From NCBI GenBank assembly GCA_046861395.1, contig JBHHUC010000004.1:14589-78588 (forward strand): a DNA stretch of 64,000 nt. Reading direction: 5' to 3'. The notes below the pieces were generated by a model. That model was not told the DNA's origin and made no database searches. It saw nothing but the letters and a program-made list of their open reading frames with translations. Positions within the stretch are counted from its first letter, which is position 1. Each line of letters opens with the position of its first letter. This stretch comes from Fidelibacterota bacterium (lineage in GTDB: Bacteria > Fidelibacterota > Marinisomatia > Marinisomatales > JABMOV01). Both the position numbers and the translations under genes were made by a program. Positions 1 through 11,790 of the stretch are shown piece by piece.

Positions 1-239
1 TGATGGATGAGTGCCTGTCCCGCCGCGGCAAAACCTACCAGCATCGTCATTTCAAAATCATTCCGTTTACTTTCCAGTTCCAGGGAAAAATTTGATGCTG
101 TTAATTCCATCCCGCTATTAACAATATCAACGCGGTAAGTTTCACAGGTTTTGCGCACTTTATTGTAAAAAGCGTAATTCCCAAACACCGGTTGCAAAAA
201 CAGTAAAAGAATTACTGAAAGACTAATTCTATTTTTCAT
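1..239 (-). CDS. Hypothetical secreted protein, runs off the window (3' truncated)
   Basis: Not in the ORF track. Read by hand from ATG at 239: MKNRISLSVILLLFLQPVFG-NYAFYNKVRKTCETYRVD..., open to position 1, with a Sec-type signal peptide. Confidence 0.7.
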   Translation of the reverse strand, partial: MKNRISLSVILLLFLQPVFGNYAFYNKVRKTCETYRVDIVNSGMELTASNFSLELESKRNDFEMTMLVGFAAAGQALIH

Positions 240-323
240 AGGGTTGATCAATCGTTATTATAAAAATAGTAAGAAGAAGTTTATTATCAAAATTCCAATT
301 CGGCAAGAAGAAGAACGGAATAA

Positions 324-1526
324 TTACACTATTTCTCCCCGCTTCAAAACAGTGCGGATCGGCATGTCCGATACGGTATAAGGGATTTGAACCAATTCCT
401 CCAGGTCCCAGATTATCAAGTCGGCCACATATCCCGGCGCGATGGCACCAATTTCATGTTCCCGATCCAGGGTTTTAGCGGCGGTAAATGTAGCTGCTTT
501 CAACGCCAGCTGAACGGGAAGATGCAGATAGATGCAAGCCAGCGTGATAATGAAGGGCATGGATTGAATATGGCAACTACCCGGGTTGTAATCCGTTGCC
601 AGCGCAATATCCATTCCGGCCCTCACCATGTCCCGAGCAGGAGCATAATCGGTTGAACCCAAAAAGAATGTTGTTCCCGGCAACAATGTGCCAATGACCT
701 GATTTCGGACCATATCCATAATGCCGGTCCGGCTGACAGCCATCAGATGATCAGCAGTGACGCAACCACACTCACCTGCCAGGGAAGCGGCGCCGGAATC
801 CTTGAATTCATCGGCATGCATCCGTAAGCCGAGACCGAATTCCCGGCCCCGTTTCAGGATTTTCCGGCTATCAGCTACAGTGAAATAACCCTGCTCACAG
901 AAAACGTCAATATATTCTGCAATCCCCTGGCGGGCCACGGCCGGGATCATTTCATCACAGAGATACCCAACATATCCATCCTTATCCCCGGCATACTCCG
1001 GTGGAATTGCGTGAGCCCCCATAAAGGTTGGATGAATATCGATGGAATGCGTTTGGTTGACGGCATCCAGTACAGCCAAACTTTTCAGCTCCGAATCCAA
1101 ATCCAACCCATAGCCGCTCTTGGCTTCCACCGTCGTAGTTCCAAGTGATAGGAACCGATCCATCCGTTTCCGGACCACATCGATCAATTCTTCCCTGGAG
1201 GCAGACCGCACACCGTCAATACTGGATTGGATCCCCCCACCAGTGGCGGCAATTTCCTGGTAGGATTTCCCGGCCAGGCGATCCATGAATTCCTGTTCCC
1301 GGCCCCGGAAAAATACAGGATGAGTGTGGGGATCGACAAAACCGGGAGTAACCAATTTTCCGTGGCAGTCCAGAACTTGGTCCCCGCTTGCGGTTCCCGG
1401 TTGGATCGAATGAATTCGCCCGTCTTTGAGATAAAGTGATACCTTGGAATAGGTCCGTACTTCACCGGTCTTCGGATCAGTGGTAACCAATTTACCGATA
1501 TGGGAAAGGGCCGAAATATCAGTCAT
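324..1526 (-). CDS. hutI: Imidazolonepropionase
   Basis: Amidohydrolase motifs [32 protein letters not shown]; overlaps hutU. Confidence 0.95.
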   Translation of the reverse strand: MTDISALSHIGKLVTTDPKTGEVRTYSKVSLYLKDGRIHSIQPGTASGDQVLDCHGKLVTPGFVDPHTHPVFFRGREQEFMDRLAGKSYQEIAATGGGIQSSIDGVRSASREELIDVVRKRMDRFLSLGTTTVEAKSGYGLDLDSELKSLAVLDAVNQTHSIDIHPTFMGAHAIPPEYAGDKDGYVGYLCDEMIPAVARQGIAEYIDVFCEQGYFTVADSRKILKRGREFGLGLRMHADEFKDSGAASLAGECGCVTADHLMAVSRTGIMDMVRNQVIGTLLPGTTFFLGSTDYAPARDMVRAGMDIALATDYNPGSCHIQSMPFIITLACIYLHLPVQLALKAATFTAAKTLDREHEIGAIAPGYVADLIIWDLEELVQIPYTVSDMPIRTVLKRGEIV

Positions 1527-3171
1527 CGAGCATCGGAATTTTCAAGCCCCACTCGCGGGCATTATTTATCGCTCTTTCATAACCCGCATCGGCGTGACGC
1601 AAAATCCCCATGCCTGGGTCGTTAGTCAGAACGCGGTCCAGTCGTACACTCATTTCCGGTGTTCCGTCTGCTATAATCACTTGTCCGGCATGAATGGCTA
1701 ACCCCATACCTACCCCACCACCATGATGAAGAGAAACCCAGGTCGCACCGCTGGTCGTATTTACCAGGGCATTCAGCAAGGGCCAGTCTGCCACGGCATC
1801 GCTACCGTCCTTCATGGCTTCCGTTTCACGATAGGGCGATGCCACCGATCCGGTGTCCAGATGATCACGGCCGATGACAATGGGTGCTTTTAATTCTCCC
1901 GAAGCCACCATTTCGTTCAATGCCAGACCAAAACGGGCACGCTGAGTATATCCCAGCCAGCAGATGCGGGATGGTAATCCCTGAAATTTCACTTTTTCCC
2001 GGGCCATCGTAATCCAGCGTACCAGTGTTTTATCCTCGGGGAATAATTCCAAAACTTTTTTGTCCGTTTTATAAATATCGTCCGGGTCTCCAGATAATGC
2101 CACCCAGCGGAAAGGTCCTCGACCGTCACAAAACAGGCCGCGGACGTAGGCCGGTACAAATCCGGGATAGGTGAAGGCGTCTGTTACACCGGCTTTTTTC
2201 GCCTGTCCTCTGAGATTATTCCCATAATCGAAACAAATGGCTCCCATTTCCTTCAGCTTAAGAATGCCGCGTACATGTTCGGCCATGGCGCGAAAACTTT
2301 CCCGGGTATAGTCACCGGGATTGGATTTCCTCAAAGCCAGAGCCTGATCATATCGCATTCCATTGGGAATATATCCATCCAATTCATCATGAGCCGAAGT
2401 TTGATCGGTTACCAGATCGGGTACGATGCCCATTTTGGCCACTTGGGGAATAATATCCGCCGCATTACCCAGCAGACCAATGGACAATGGTTCACCGGCC
2501 AGGACTTTGTCCCGGGCCAATGTGAGTGCTTCATCAAGCGATTCGGTTGCCATATCGAGATATTTTGTTTCCAGGCGGCGTTGAATCCGATGCGGATCAA
2601 CTTCCACGACAATACAAACACCCTGGTTCATCGTAACAGCCAGTGGTTGGGCACCACCCATGCCGCCTAATCCGGCGGTGAGGACAAATTTTCCGCGCAA
2701 ATCAGCCGAGAAATGCTGCTGGGCGGCTTCGGCAAATGTTTCATACGTACCCTGAAGAATTCCCTGAGTCCCGATGTATATCCAGCTACCGGCCGTCATT
2801 TGACCATACATCATGAGACCCTTTTTATCCAGTTCATTAAAATGGTCCCACGTCGCCCACTGCGGCACAAGGTTGGAGTTGGCAATCAATACTCGTGGAG
2901 ACGAAGGATGAGTCTTTAAAATGCCAACCGGTTTCCCACTTTGGACTAACAATGTTTCATCATTCTCCAGAGTGGTCAGGGAACGGAGAATGGCATCATA
3001 GGCTTCCCACGACCGGGCAGCCTTCCCTTTCCCGCCATATACAACCAATTCATCAGGATTCTCGGCTACATCCGGATCGAGGTTATTTTGAATCATACGG
3101 TAAGCCGCTTCCTGCGGCCATCCCTTGCAATGTAATGTTTGGCCTGTCGGCGCATGGATAATTCTTGCCAT
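1519..3171 (-). CDS. hutU: Urocanate hydratase
   Basis: [39 protein letters not shown]. Start moved to ATG 3171 ([10 protein letters not shown]), preceded by GAGGA. Confidence 0.97.
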   Translation of the reverse strand: MARIIHAPTGQTLHCKGWPQEAAYRMIQNNLDPDVAENPDELVVYGGKGKAARSWEAYDAILRSLTTLENDETLLVQSGKPVGILKTHPSSPRVLIANSNLVPQWATWDHFNELDKKGLMMYGQMTAGSWIYIGTQGILQGTYETFAEAAQQHFSADLRGKFVLTAGLGGMGGAQPLAVTMNQGVCIVVEVDPHRIQRRLETKYLDMATESLDEALTLARDKVLAGEPLSIGLLGNAADIIPQVAKMGIVPDLVTDQTSAHDELDGYIPNGMRYDQALALRKSNPGDYTRESFRAMAEHVRGILKLKEMGAICFDYGNNLRGQAKKAGVTDAFTYPGFVPAYVRGLFCDGRGPFRWVALSGDPDDIYKTDKKVLELFPEDKTLVRWITMAREKVKFQGLPSRICWLGYTQRARFGLALNEMVASGELKAPIVIGRDHLDTGSVASPYRETEAMKDGSDAVADWPLLNALVNTTSGATWVSLHHGGGVGMGLAIHAGQVIIADGTPEMSVRLDRVLTNDPGMGILRHADAGYERAINNAREWGLKIPMLDD

Positions 3172-3296
3172 GATATCCTCTTGATAAGGGTTAATCCAAC
3201 GGTAGAAAATACAACATTTGCTTCCGGCAGGACGACCATCTTTCCCTTCCAATTTGCTCTGACTGTTCTTATTATCCGGTGGAAAGGGAGAGTGAT

Positions 3297-3791
3297 ATGA
3301 AATTATTGCATTGCATTTTGCTATTCATTGTCCTTGCCATGGGACAGGATCAAGATAGCAGCGCTTCGGTCATGGATGAGGAAAAGATCTTGGGTATGTG
3401 CACCATCAGCGATATTACCTCAGGTTATCACGGGAAATGGTACAACAAGGAATTCGCTGAATATGAGGTGGATACCTTCGCCTTACGGCCCGTACAGGAA
3501 ATTTTAGGCGAAATTCAGATCGTCCTGGTATTCGGAACCTGGTGCAGCGACAGCCGACGGGAAGTACCCCGGTTTCTGAAAATCCTGGATAGCCTGGAAT
3601 ACCCCAAGAATTCACTCACCCTTGTCGCCGTGGATCGGGATAAAATCATGGATCCGGAGAGTGGTTATCATTTCACCATTGACCGCGTACCCACAATAAT
3701 TTTCCTGATGCAGGGGATTGAACTGGGACGCATCGTCGAGACGCCTGACGAATCTCTGGAAGCCGATATGGCTGCGATTCTGGGTTATTAG
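3297..3791 (+). CDS. Secreted thioredoxin-fold protein (CxxS type)
   Basis: Signal peptide [30 protein letters not shown] and RVPTIIF cis-Pro motif; ATG 3297 after GGGAG. Only plus-strand gene in the window. Confidence 0.8.
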   Translation: MKLLHCILLFIVLAMGQDQDSSASVMDEEKILGMCTISDITSGYHGKWYNKEFAEYEVDTFALRPVQEILGEIQIVLVFGTWCSDSRREVPRFLKILDSLEYPKNSLTLVAVDRDKIMDPESGYHFTIDRVPTIIFLMQGIELGRIVETPDESLEADMAAILGY

Positions 3792-3792
3792 T

Positions 3793-4968
3793 TCAACGCA
3801 ACAGGACGCTGCGCAGCTGATCCATGTAGCGGGGATTTTTCCCTACAACCGAATAGGAGAACAAAGCAACGCCGGGAAATCGCGTAATCTTTGTATATTT
3901 GATTTTATCGGCCACATCCGGTGCTTTCTGATTATATGTGGCAATGCCCATGATGATTTTATCGCGGTATTTCTGAGGCAGATTATCATAAATAATATCA
4001 ATATTCTTGGCAAATCCACGGATGGAAACGGAATAATTCATGGGGATTGCCCAGTCTATATAATTGGCAGCCAACCACACATCCCATTCCTGTAAATACC
4101 GGTCACGTGCTTCATATAAATTGGGTTTAACAGCGGCTGAAAGAATGCAGTCAGGACGAACCTCTGCAATCATGCGGTGTGTATCCTTGACCAGATTGGT
4201 GACAGCCTGGCGTTTATAATCACCCCACTTTGACAATTTGGAAGCAGTTTGGACATCATTGGTTTTCAGGTTCTTCATAAATAGAAAACGTTGCGGGTCA
4301 TCTCCGTTATGATCGGTATAATGTTCCATCGCCTTATCATTCTTTCCATAATGGGAATCCTTGTAGCGAATATAATCGAAATGCAGACCATCCAGGTCAT
4401 ATTTCGCTACCAATTCTCTGAATACAGCCAGTAAATATGGATTTACACTGGGATGATGAGGCGCCAGATAGATGCCTTCATCCCTGCCCTTCTTCTCCCT
4501 GTATTGCTGAATCATGGCTTTGGCATTCTTGGCCTGATCATCCTGGTCAAACCAGTCCGGATGCGTATATACCAGATGATCATTACTATAAGGCATGGAG
4601 TTCGATGACCAGAGAATATAGACATTCACCCAAGCATGAACCTGAATCCCACGGGAATGGGCTCTCCGGATAATAACAGACAGGGGATCAAAAGAATCAT
4701 TCGCCAGTAAGGCGCTGCGGGGTACGATATCGGATTGATAGAGTGCGTCCCCGCGACCACGTACCTGTACAAATAAATGGGTAATTTTATTGCGTGCTGC
4801 AAAGTCGACGACTTCATCAATGGCCTGTTCACTGAGGATGGAATTTCGTACGACCCATAGACAGGTGTATTGGAGCGGTTTATTAACCGGAGCTGTAAAT
4901 ACCAGACTTAAAGTAAAAAGGGTAGTAAATATTACTACCCTTGAATGTTTCGTCAATAAATGTGACAA
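3793..4968 (-). CDS. Glycoside hydrolase-like family 10 (GHL10/DUF187) protein, probably exported
   Basis: LFVQVRGRGDALY, GIQVHAWVN, YDLDGLHFDYIRY, QEW-x-W, PMNY motifs; hydrophobic N-terminus; exact start uncertain. Confidence 0.8.
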   Translation of the reverse strand: MSHLLTKHSRVVIFTTLFTLSLVFTAPVNKPLQYTCLWVVRNSILSEQAIDEVVDFAARNKITHLFVQVRGRGDALYQSDIVPRSALLANDSFDPLSVIIRRAHSRGIQVHAWVNVYILWSSNSMPYSNDHLVYTHPDWFDQDDQAKNAKAMIQQYREKKGRDEGIYLAPHHPSVNPYLLAVFRELVAKYDLDGLHFDYIRYKDSHYGKNDKAMEHYTDHNGDDPQRFLFMKNLKTNDVQTASKLSKWGDYKRQAVTNLVKDTHRMIAEVRPDCILSAAVKPNLYEARDRYLQEWDVWLAANYIDWAIPMNYSVSIRGFAKNIDIIYDNLPQKYRDKIIMGIATYNQKAPDVADKIKYTKITRFPGVALFSYSVVGKNPRYMDQLRSVLLR

Positions 4969-4990
4969 TGGAACGATGAAAATAATCTAT

Positions 4991-5404
4991 TTATTCTGAT
5001 TTGTCGTCTTTTTTCGATTTTTTCTCTTTTTTTGTCCCTTCACCTTCCATATCAACCAATTCGATTAGCGATACTTCGGCCCGATCATTATCACGGAAAC
5101 CAAGTTTAATTATGCGGGTATATCCACCGGGACGGTCGGCATAGACCGGGGCTATTTCATGAAACAGGGAATGCACTACATCCTTATGGCGAATTTTCCT
5201 CATCACTTGACGCCTGGCATGGACATCACCACGTTTGGCAAAGGTAATTAACGGTTCAATAAACTCCCGCAGAGCCTTGGCCCGGGTATGAGTCGTTTTG
5301 ATACGTTTGTGTTCAACCAGGGAGGCTGCCATATTGGCCATCATCGCTTTGCGGTGTGACTTGGTTGACAAGCCTAATTTTCGGGTGGATTTACGGTGCC
5401 GCAT
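4991..5404 (-). CDS. rplQ: 50S ribosomal protein L17
   Basis: MRHRK...[12 protein letters not shown]; last gene of the alpha operon. Confidence 0.97.
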   Translation of the reverse strand: MRHRKSTRKLGLSTKSHRKAMMANMAASLVEHKRIKTTHTRAKALREFIEPLITFAKRGDVHARRQVMRKIRHKDVVHSLFHEIAPVYADRPGGYTRIIKLGFRDNDRAEVSLIELVDMEGEGTKKEKKSKKDDKSE

Positions 5405-5405
5405 G

Positions 5406-6377
5406 TCAGATTTCTTCCGTTAAATATTCGTCAACATTCATTCCAAAATGGAGTCCCATTTCATCCAGTTTTTCTACCAGCTCGGTTAGTGATTTCCGGC
5501 CGAAGTTTTTGTATTTAAGCATTTCGCTTTCTTCTTTGCTCACCAGTTCACTGATATACTTAATACCTGCAGCCTGGAGACAATTAAAGCTTCGGACGGA
5601 AAGTTCCATTTCATCAATGGTAGATTTTAACAATTTCCGAATGGACAGGACTTCTTCACTCACATTATCCGTGACTTCCAGGACTTCCGGACGGCTTAAT
5701 GCTTCAACGGTTTTCAAATGTGCTGTCAAGACGGAGGCAGAATAGGATATGGCATCCACGGGAGTGATGGACCCGTCCGTCTCGATTTCTATTTTCAGCA
5801 TTTCTGTGGACTCTTTCTCACCCGGGAGTGAAGTGACATTATATGACACTTTGGTCACCGGATTGAAAATACTGTCAATGGAAATCATGCCGATGGGAGA
5901 ATTGGGTAATTCATTTTCCTCCGATGGGACATAGCCCTTACCGATGCCAATCCGTAATTCCATCCTCAATTCACCTTTTTCATTGATTTCGGTGATATAA
6001 TGATCGGGATTGAGTATCTCGAACTGATCACTGACATCCTGAATATCTTTGGCCGTTACGGTACAGGGTCCCTGAAGATGAAGCAAAACACGATCGGGGT
6101 TCTGGTCCATTAATTTAAAACGCACACCCTTCAGATTCATGATAATATCGGCCACATCTTCCCGTACACCTTCCAGGCTGGCAAATTCGTGTTGCACATT
6201 CTCAATACTTACATTGGTGATGGCGGCTCCAGGAATGGACGTAAGCGCCACCCGGCGCAAAGCATTCCCTAAGGTGATCCCGTATCCGCGCTGCAGTGGC
6301 TGCACGATAAACTCGGCTTTATTATCACTGACGGATTTCGTTTCGATTGCTAGATTGAAATCTAAATTATTTGCCAT
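5406..6377 (-). CDS. rpoA: RNA polymerase alpha subunit
   Basis: [34 protein letters not shown]. Confidence 0.98.
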   Translation of the reverse strand: MANNLDFNLAIETKSVSDNKAEFIVQPLQRGYGITLGNALRRVALTSIPGAAITNVSIENVQHEFASLEGVREDVADIIMNLKGVRFKLMDQNPDRVLLHLQGPCTVTAKDIQDVSDQFEILNPDHYITEINEKGELRMELRIGIGKGYVPSEENELPNSPIGMISIDSIFNPVTKVSYNVTSLPGEKESTEMLKIEIETDGSITPVDAISYSASVLTAHLKTVEALSRPEVLEVTDNVSEEVLSIRKLLKSTIDEMELSVRSFNCLQAAGIKYISELVSKEESEMLKYKNFGRKSLTELVEKLDEMGLHFGMNVDEYLTEEI

Positions 6378-6397
6378 GGTATTCCTGTTCTGATTTC

Positions 6398-7015
6398 TTA
6401 TTTGGAGTATAACTCAACGACCAACTGTTCATTAACAGTCAAATTCATCTGGTCCCGCTCTGGCAAGGCAACAAAAGTACCCGACATCCGGGCTTTGTCA
6501 AGTTCCAGCCAGGGCAAGTCAATATCGCCTTTGATGCGCCGCATGGCATCCTGGATGATATCCAATTTTTTACTTTTATTGCGAACCTGAATTACATCTC
6601 CCGGTTTCACCCGGTAGGACGGAATATTTACGGAGCGACCATTGACCAAAAAATGTCGGTGGTTGACCAATTGCCGTGCCGCCGGCCGTGAAGGTGCGAA
6701 TCCTAAACGGTAGACAACATTGTCCAGCCGGCTTTCCAATAATTGCAATAGGTTCGTTCCGGTTTCACCCACCATTTGATCCGCTTTATTGAAATAGTTG
6801 CGGAATTGTTTTTCCAACAAGCCATACATGAATTTTATTTTTTGTTTTTCACTGAGCTGAACACCATAGTTGGACATCCGGCGACGGCGGGTCTGACCAT
6901 GCTGTCCCGGACCGTATGGTTTTTTAGCTAGGAGGCGGTCATATTTGGTATTACCAAAGATGTTTTCGCCAAATTTTCTTACGAGCTTTCCTTTTGCTCC
7001 GGTAAACTTTGCCAT
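6398..7015 (-). CDS. rpsD: 30S ribosomal protein S4 (no Zn-ribbon cysteines)
   Basis: PGQHG, LLESRLDNVVYRLG, ARQLVNH. Confidence 0.98.
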   Translation of the reverse strand: MAKFTGAKGKLVRKFGENIFGNTKYDRLLAKKPYGPGQHGQTRRRRMSNYGVQLSEKQKIKFMYGLLEKQFRNYFNKADQMVGETGTNLLQLLESRLDNVVYRLGFAPSRPAARQLVNHRHFLVNGRSVNIPSYRVKPGDVIQVRNKSKKLDIIQDAMRRIKGDIDLPWLELDKARMSGTFVALPERDQMNLTVNEQLVVELYSK

Positions 7016-7030
7016 GTTTTCTCCTACCCC

Positions 7031-7426
7031 TTATACCCGGCGGCGTTTTGGTGGCCGACAGCCATTATGCGGTAATGGTGTGACGTCTTTGATGGATGTA
7101 ATCTGTAATCCGGCAACGGCCAGGGATCGAATTGCCGATTCGCGTCCGGCACCCGGTCCTTTTACTCGTACTTCTACATTCTGCAGTCCCATGGACATGG
7201 CGTCGTTGGCCGCATTCTGTGCTGCCTGTGATGCTGCATAGGCTGTATTTTTCCGTGACCCCTTGAATCCGGATGTTCCGGCGGTAGCCCAGGCAATCAC
7301 ATTGCCGAATTTATCGGATAATGTAATATGCGTATTGTTAAATGTTGCTTTAATGTGTGCGACACCGGAAGGATCGACTGAACCCTTCTTTTTCTTTTTT
7401 CGCTTATCTGATCCAGCTTTAGCCAA
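7031..7426 (-). CDS. rpsK: 30S ribosomal protein S11
   Basis: [36 protein letters not shown] start. Confidence 0.98.
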   Translation of the reverse strand: MAKAGSDKRKKKKKGSVDPSGVAHIKATFNNTHITLSDKFGNVIAWATAGTSGFKGSRKNTAYAASQAAQNAANDAMSMGLQNVEVRVKGPGAGRESAIRSLAVAGLQITSIKDVTPLPHNGCRPPKRRRV

Positions 7427-7446
7427 TTTTTATCCTTTCTTGCAAA

Positions 7447-7818
7447 TCAACCTCTACCAAGCCCAATAGTACGTTTGCGACCTTTGCGTGTGCGGGCATT
7501 GGTTTTTGTGCGCTGACCATTGACAGGTAATCCTCTGCGATGACGGATACCTTTATAACTGCCGATATCCTTCAATCGTTTAATATTCATGGCAACTAGC
7601 GATCGGCTTTCTCCTTCGACTTTCACATCCAGAGAATTAATCGCGTTACGGATTGCCGTCACTTGTTCTTCGTTTAAATCCTGGACCCGTAATTCACGGT
7701 CCACACCGGCTTCATCACAGATTTTCTGTGCTGTGGTAAGGCCGATACCAAAAATGTAGCATAATGAATATGGAACTTTCTTATCTCTTGGAATATCTAC
7801 TCCGGCAATACGTGCCAT
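7447..7818 (-). CDS. rpsM: 30S ribosomal protein S13
   Basis: [32 protein letters not shown]. Confidence 0.98.
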   Translation of the reverse strand: MARIAGVDIPRDKKVPYSLCYIFGIGLTTAQKICDEAGVDRELRVQDLNEEQVTAIRNAINSLDVKVEGESRSLVAMNIKRLKDIGSYKGIRHRRGLPVNGQRTKTNARTRKGRKRTIGLGRG

Positions 7819-7824
7819 AAACTT

Positions 7825-7938
7825 TTACCCTTGTCGTTGTTTGTGTTTGGGATTTTCGCAAATCACTAATACGACGCCCTTACGCCGTATAATTTTGCAT
7901 TTTGAACACATTTTTTTTACTGATGGACGGACTTTCAT
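7825..7938 (-). CDS. rpmJ: 50S ribosomal protein L36 (Zn-binding type)
   Basis: Below the ORF-track cutoff; hand translation [37 protein letters not shown]. Confidence 0.97.
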   Translation of the reverse strand: MKVRPSVKKMCSKCKIIRRKGVVLVICENPKHKQRQG

Positions 7939-7945
7939 AGTTCTC

Positions 7946-8173
7946 CTATTTCTGACGGTATGTAATTCGTCCCCGTGATAAATCATAAGGTGATATATCC
8001 AGCGTTACCTTATCCCCCGGTAAAATTTTGATGAAATGCATACGCATTTTTCCGCTCACATGAGCCAGTACTTCGTGTTTTTTACCACCGATGTCGATTT
8101 CAACACGAAACATGGCATTCGGCAATGTTTCCTTGATGATTCCTTCCACAGTGATGGGTTTTTCTTTAGCCAT
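7946..8173 (-). CDS. infA: Translation initiation factor IF-1
   Basis: MAKEKPI...[27 protein letters not shown]; start moved to ATG 8173. Confidence 0.97.
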   Translation of the reverse strand: MAKEKPITVEGIIKETLPNAMFRVEIDIGGKKHEVLAHVSGKMRMHFIKILPGDKVTLDISPYDLSRGRITYRQK

Positions 8174-8924
8174 GATTCCGTCCAACGCTTAATATTTTTG
8201 GTCCATTTGCCGTAATGGCAATGGTATGTTCGAAATGGGCGCTGGTCGATCCATCCTGTGTTTTCACCGTCCAGCCATCGGATTCCGTGAACACTTCCTT
8301 GCAACCCATATTGATCATGGGTTCAATGGCCAGAACCATTCCGGTACGCAGTTTATGTCCGCGGTTTGGCAAACCATAATTTGGGATCTGCGGCTCTTCG
8401 TGCAATTGCGTTCCAATGCCATGCCCTACGAGTTCACGAACAACAGAGTAGCCGTGCTTCTCCACATGAGTCTGGATAGCATGACCAATATCTGAAACAT
8501 GATTTCCGACCCGTGCCTTTTCAATCCCCAGCATTAAAGCTTCCTGCGTTACACGCATTAATTCCTTTTTATCCTCAGCGATGGTACCGACGGAATATGT
8601 CCGGGCTGAATCGCCGTAGTATCCGTTTTTCTCGGCCCCGCAATCCACGCCAATGACTTCTCCATCCTTCAAGGCACGATTACTGGGAATGCCATGGACG
8701 ACTACATCATCCACCGACAGACATAAAGTGGAAGGAAAGCCCATATATCCTTTAAAGGCGGGACGGGCGCCCTGAGACCGGATATAATCTTCGGCTGCCT
8801 GATCCAGCGCAATCAACGATACGCCGGGCTTGATCAATTTTTCCAGCATGATCAGTGTATCAGCCACAATCTGGCAGCTTTCGGTAATGAGATCAATTTC
8901 TTTCTGGGAGCGAATCGCAACCAT
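8166..8924 (-). CDS. map: Methionine aminopeptidase, type I
   Basis: VVHGIP, DSART, GHGIG-LHEEP, AIEPM, AHFEHT. Confidence 0.96.
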   Translation of the reverse strand: MVAIRSQKEIDLITESCQIVADTLIMLEKLIKPGVSLIALDQAAEDYIRSQGARPAFKGYMGFPSTLCLSVDDVVVHGIPSNRALKDGEVIGVDCGAEKNGYYGDSARTYSVGTIAEDKKELMRVTQEALMLGIEKARVGNHVSDIGHAIQTHVEKHGYSVVRELVGHGIGTQLHEEPQIPNYGLPNRGHKLRTGMVLAIEPMINMGCKEVFTESDGWTVKTQDGSTSAHFEHTIAITANGPKILSVGRNHG

Positions 8925-8927
8925 GGG

Positions 8928-10265
8928 TTACATTCTCCTCCGCCCACGGATTTTACCCTTGGTTAAAAATCCGTCGTAATGACGCATCATCAAGTGGGAT
9001 TCAATCTGCTGTAAAGTATCCAGGGCCACACCAACAATGATGAGCAGACTGGTGCCGCCAAAAAAGGAAGCCAGATCGTATCCGATATCCGTGGCCTTCA
9101 TAATCGCATAGGGCGTCACGGCAATCAAAGCCAGAAATATGGACCCCGGTAATGTTACACGAGTCAGAATATTGTCAATATACTCGGCCGTGCGTTTTCC
9201 GGGCCGGACTCCGGGAATAAATCCACCCTGCTGTTTCATAGTGGAGGAAACCTGAACCGGATCAAAAGCTATGGCTGTATAAAAATAGGTAAAGAAAACG
9301 ATGATGCTACCAAATACAATCCAGTAAAACGGATGATCAAAAGAAAACCATCGCATGATAGATTGCATGAAATCATATTCGCTGAAAAAGGTGGCAACCG
9401 TCGTGGGAATAAACATAATGGACTGAGCAAAGATAATGGGCATCACTCCCGCCGTATTGACGCGCAAGGGAATATGCGTGGACTGCCCACCGTATACCTT
9501 GCGTCCTACCACACGTTTGGCATATTGAACGGGTATTTTTCGCGTACCTTGTGTCAACAGAATTACAATCCCAACGATTATCACGAAAATACCCATGAGA
9601 ATAAATTCACCCAGGAGATTTCGTACTCCTTCCTGAATCAATGTTATCTCAGCCAAGATGACATTGGGAAAACGTGACAAAATACCTACCATGATAATCA
9701 ATGATATACCGTTCCCAATTCCACGCTCCGTAATCCGTTCTCCAAGCCACATCAGGAGAATAACACCAGTAATCAGACTCACTATGGCAGTGAATTTGAA
9801 TAGGAATCCGGGATGAGGAATGACAGAAACCGTGGCGCCGCCTATGTTGGCCGTCATGCTCTCCAGGAATACGGTAACACCATAGGCCTGCATGGCACCG
9901 ATCAAAACAGTTCCATAGCGGGTCAATTGCGTTATTTTCTTCCGCCCTTCTTCGCCCTCCTTTTGTAAGCGCTGGAAATACGGAACCACAGACCCCATTA
10001 ACTGAATAATAATGGAGGCCGAAATATAGGGCATGATTCCCAGGGCAAATAAGGTGGCCTTCTTGAACGCGCCTCCGGCAAATAAATCGTAGAGGCCAAA
10101 CAGGGTGTTCTGGAAATTCTGGATGGCCGCACCCAGGGCTTCTCCGTCAACACCCGGTATGGGAACGTGAGCCCCAATACGAACGACAATCAAAATTCCA
10201 AACGTAAATAGAATTCGGGACCGGAGTTCGGGAATACTGAAGATGTTTTTAATTTTATCAATCAC
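8928..10265 (-). CDS. secY: Preprotein translocase subunit SecY
   Basis: ALGIMPYISASII, GIGNGISLII, IPGVRPG, GGTSLLIIVGV; GTG start. Confidence 0.98.
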   Translation of the reverse strand: MIDKIKNIFSIPELRSRILFTFGILIVVRIGAHVPIPGVDGEALGAAIQNFQNTLFGLYDLFAGGAFKKATLFALGIMPYISASIIIQLMGSVVPYFQRLQKEGEEGRKKITQLTRYGTVLIGAMQAYGVTVFLESMTANIGGATVSVIPHPGFLFKFTAIVSLITGVILLMWLGERITERGIGNGISLIIMVGILSRFPNVILAEITLIQEGVRNLLGEFILMGIFVIIVGIVILLTQGTRKIPVQYAKRVVGRKVYGGQSTHIPLRVNTAGVMPIIFAQSIMFIPTTVATFFSEYDFMQSIMRWFSFDHPFYWIVFGSIIVFFTYFYTAIAFDPVQVSSTMKQQGGFIPGVRPGKRTAEYIDNILTRVTLPGSIFLALIAVTPYAIMKATDIGYDLASFFGGTSLLIIVGVALDTLQQIESHLMMRHYDGFLTKGKIRGRRRM

Positions 10266-10702
10266 AGGACGTTCGCACTGCCTCCCTGTTGCTCAATTTT
10301 ATTTTTTGCTCCCACGCTGAAAGCATTCGCTTCCACAATAATGGCATGGTCAAGTTCACCATTGCCCAGAATTTTCACCGGACGTAACGCCGAACGCACT
10401 AAACCGTGATTGTACAATACAGTAGAATCGATTGTTTTCTCTTCCAACTTATTCAGGTCCGAAAGATTGACAATTTGATACTCTTTGCGAAATAAATGGT
10501 TGGAGAAACCCCGTTTCGGCAAACGTCGCTGTAACGACATCTGTCCGCCCTCAAACCATGTCCGTTTTTTATTCCCACTCCGTTGTCCGGCGCCTTTATG
10601 ACCCCGACCGGAAGTTTTACCCAATCCACTCCCAGGGCCTCGTCCCAGTCTTTTAGTATTTTTCTTCGCGCCGGAAGCAGGTTTCAAATCATTAATTTTC
10701 AT
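10262..10702 (-). CDS. rplO: 50S ribosomal protein L15
   Basis: [23 protein letters not shown]. Confidence 0.98.
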   Translation of the reverse strand: MKINDLKPASGAKKNTKRLGRGPGSGLGKTSGRGHKGAGQRSGNKKRTWFEGGQMSLQRRLPKRGFSNHLFRKEYQIVNLSDLNKLEEKTIDSTVLYNHGLVRSALRPVKILGNGELDHAIIVEANAFSVGAKNKIEQQGGSANVL

Positions 10703-10896
10703 GAAATTTCCTCGACCTTCAACAGAAAATCAATTTTTTTAATCATGCCGCGTATAACCGGATTATCCGCATGCTCAACGGTATGATGAAGTCGTCGAAG
10801 TCCCAGGGCTTCCAGGGTTTTCCTGAATTTCTTATTATGTCCGATGGGACTTTTAACCTGTGTAATTCTCAGTTTGGATTCTTTTTTCTTAGCCAT
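10699..10896 (-). CDS. rpmD: 50S ribosomal protein L30
   Basis: ITQVKSPIG...LEALGLRR...IRGMI; spc-operon position. Confidence 0.96.
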   Translation of the reverse strand: MAKKKESKLRITQVKSPIGHNKKFRKTLEALGLRRLHHTVEHADNPVIRGMIKKIDFLLKVEEIS

Positions 10897-10897
10897 A

Positions 10898-11395
10898 TCA
10901 GTTAAATACTTCTTTAATCGTCATGCCCCGTTTACTGGCAACCGATACAGCATCCTGCATTTCCGTCAGTGCTGTCATGGTGGCCCTAACCACATTCAAG
11001 GCGTTATTTGAACCCAGCCGTTTGGTCAATATATTATGGATGCCGGCCTGTTCCATCACGGCACGGACAGCCGCTCCGGCGATAATTCCCGTACCAGGGG
11101 AAGCCGGTTTCAGCATGACGCTGCTGGCACCATATTTACCAATAATTTTATGCGGAATCGTCCCGTTTATAACGGGAACCTTCACAATATTTTGTTTGGC
11201 ATTTTCTTTCGATTTATTAATGGCGGCAATGACTTCATTGGCCTTACCTACACCAACACCAACGTGTCCTTTTCCGTCACCGACAACCACTACCGCGGTA
11301 AAACGAAAACGCTTACCCCTGGATGTCACTTTCGCGACCCGCTTGATGCGGACAACGATTTCTTCTTTTAAATCTAATTCAGCTGGATTGATCAT
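10898..11395 (-). CDS. rpsE: 30S ribosomal protein S5
   Basis: [28 protein letters not shown]. Confidence 0.97.
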   Translation of the reverse strand: MINPAELDLKEEIVVRIKRVAKVTSRGKRFRFTAVVVVGDGKGHVGVGVGKANEVIAAINKSKENAKQNIVKVPVINGTIPHKIIGKYGASSVMLKPASPGTGIIAGAAVRAVMEQAGIHNILTKRLGSNNALNVVRATMTALTEMQDAVSVASKRGMTIKEVFN

Positions 11396-11416
11396 CTGCT
11401 AATCATTACTCCGTTT

Positions 11417-11788
11417 CTAAAAGGATAAGCCATCTTCACGGGCCGCATCGGCAAGGGCCTGAACCCGTCCATGATAGGTAAAGCCATTCCGGTCGAGAAC
11501 GACTTTGGCTATTTTCTGTTTTTTCGCGCGTTCCGCCAGGGCTTTACCAACAATTTTACTCCGCTCGACCTTGGTGGTTACTTTTTCCAGTTTTTTCACC
11601 AAATCTTTATCAATGCTGGACGCAGAGACAATCGTAGCACCTTTAAAATCATCAATTATCTGGGCCGATATATGTTTATTGCTCCGGTAGATACATAAAC
11701 GCAGACGATCGGGATGAAAACGTGCCGTGCGTTTACTCCGGTTTCGGTTACGGGTAAAACGAGCAATTTCTTTCTTAGACTTGGCCAT
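11417..11788 (-). CDS. rplR: 50S ribosomal protein L18
   Basis: RLCIYRSNKHISAQIIDD, DRNGFTYHGRV. Confidence 0.97.
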   Translation of the reverse strand: MAKSKKEIARFTRNRNRSKRTARFHPDRLRLCIYRSNKHISAQIIDDFKGATIVSASSIDKDLVKKLEKVTTKVERSKIVGKALAERAKKQKIAKVVLDRNGFTYHGRVQALADAAREDGLSF

Positions 11789-11790
11789 CT

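Noticed and set aside
271..313. AAGAAGAAG direct repeat in the gap downstream of hutI
   Set aside because: Too short and low-complexity to support a binding-site call
3172..3296. HutC operator or riboswitch upstream of hutU
   Set aside because: No TGTA-N2-TACA-like palindrome or recognisable aptamer. The imperfect TTCCCTTCCA/TGGAAAGGGA complement is not convincing
8166..8928. Absence of adk between secY and map, of ruvB after ruvA, of gcvH/P near gcvT and of hutH/G near hutUI
   Set aside because: Such dispersed arrangements are common; the genes may lie outside the window
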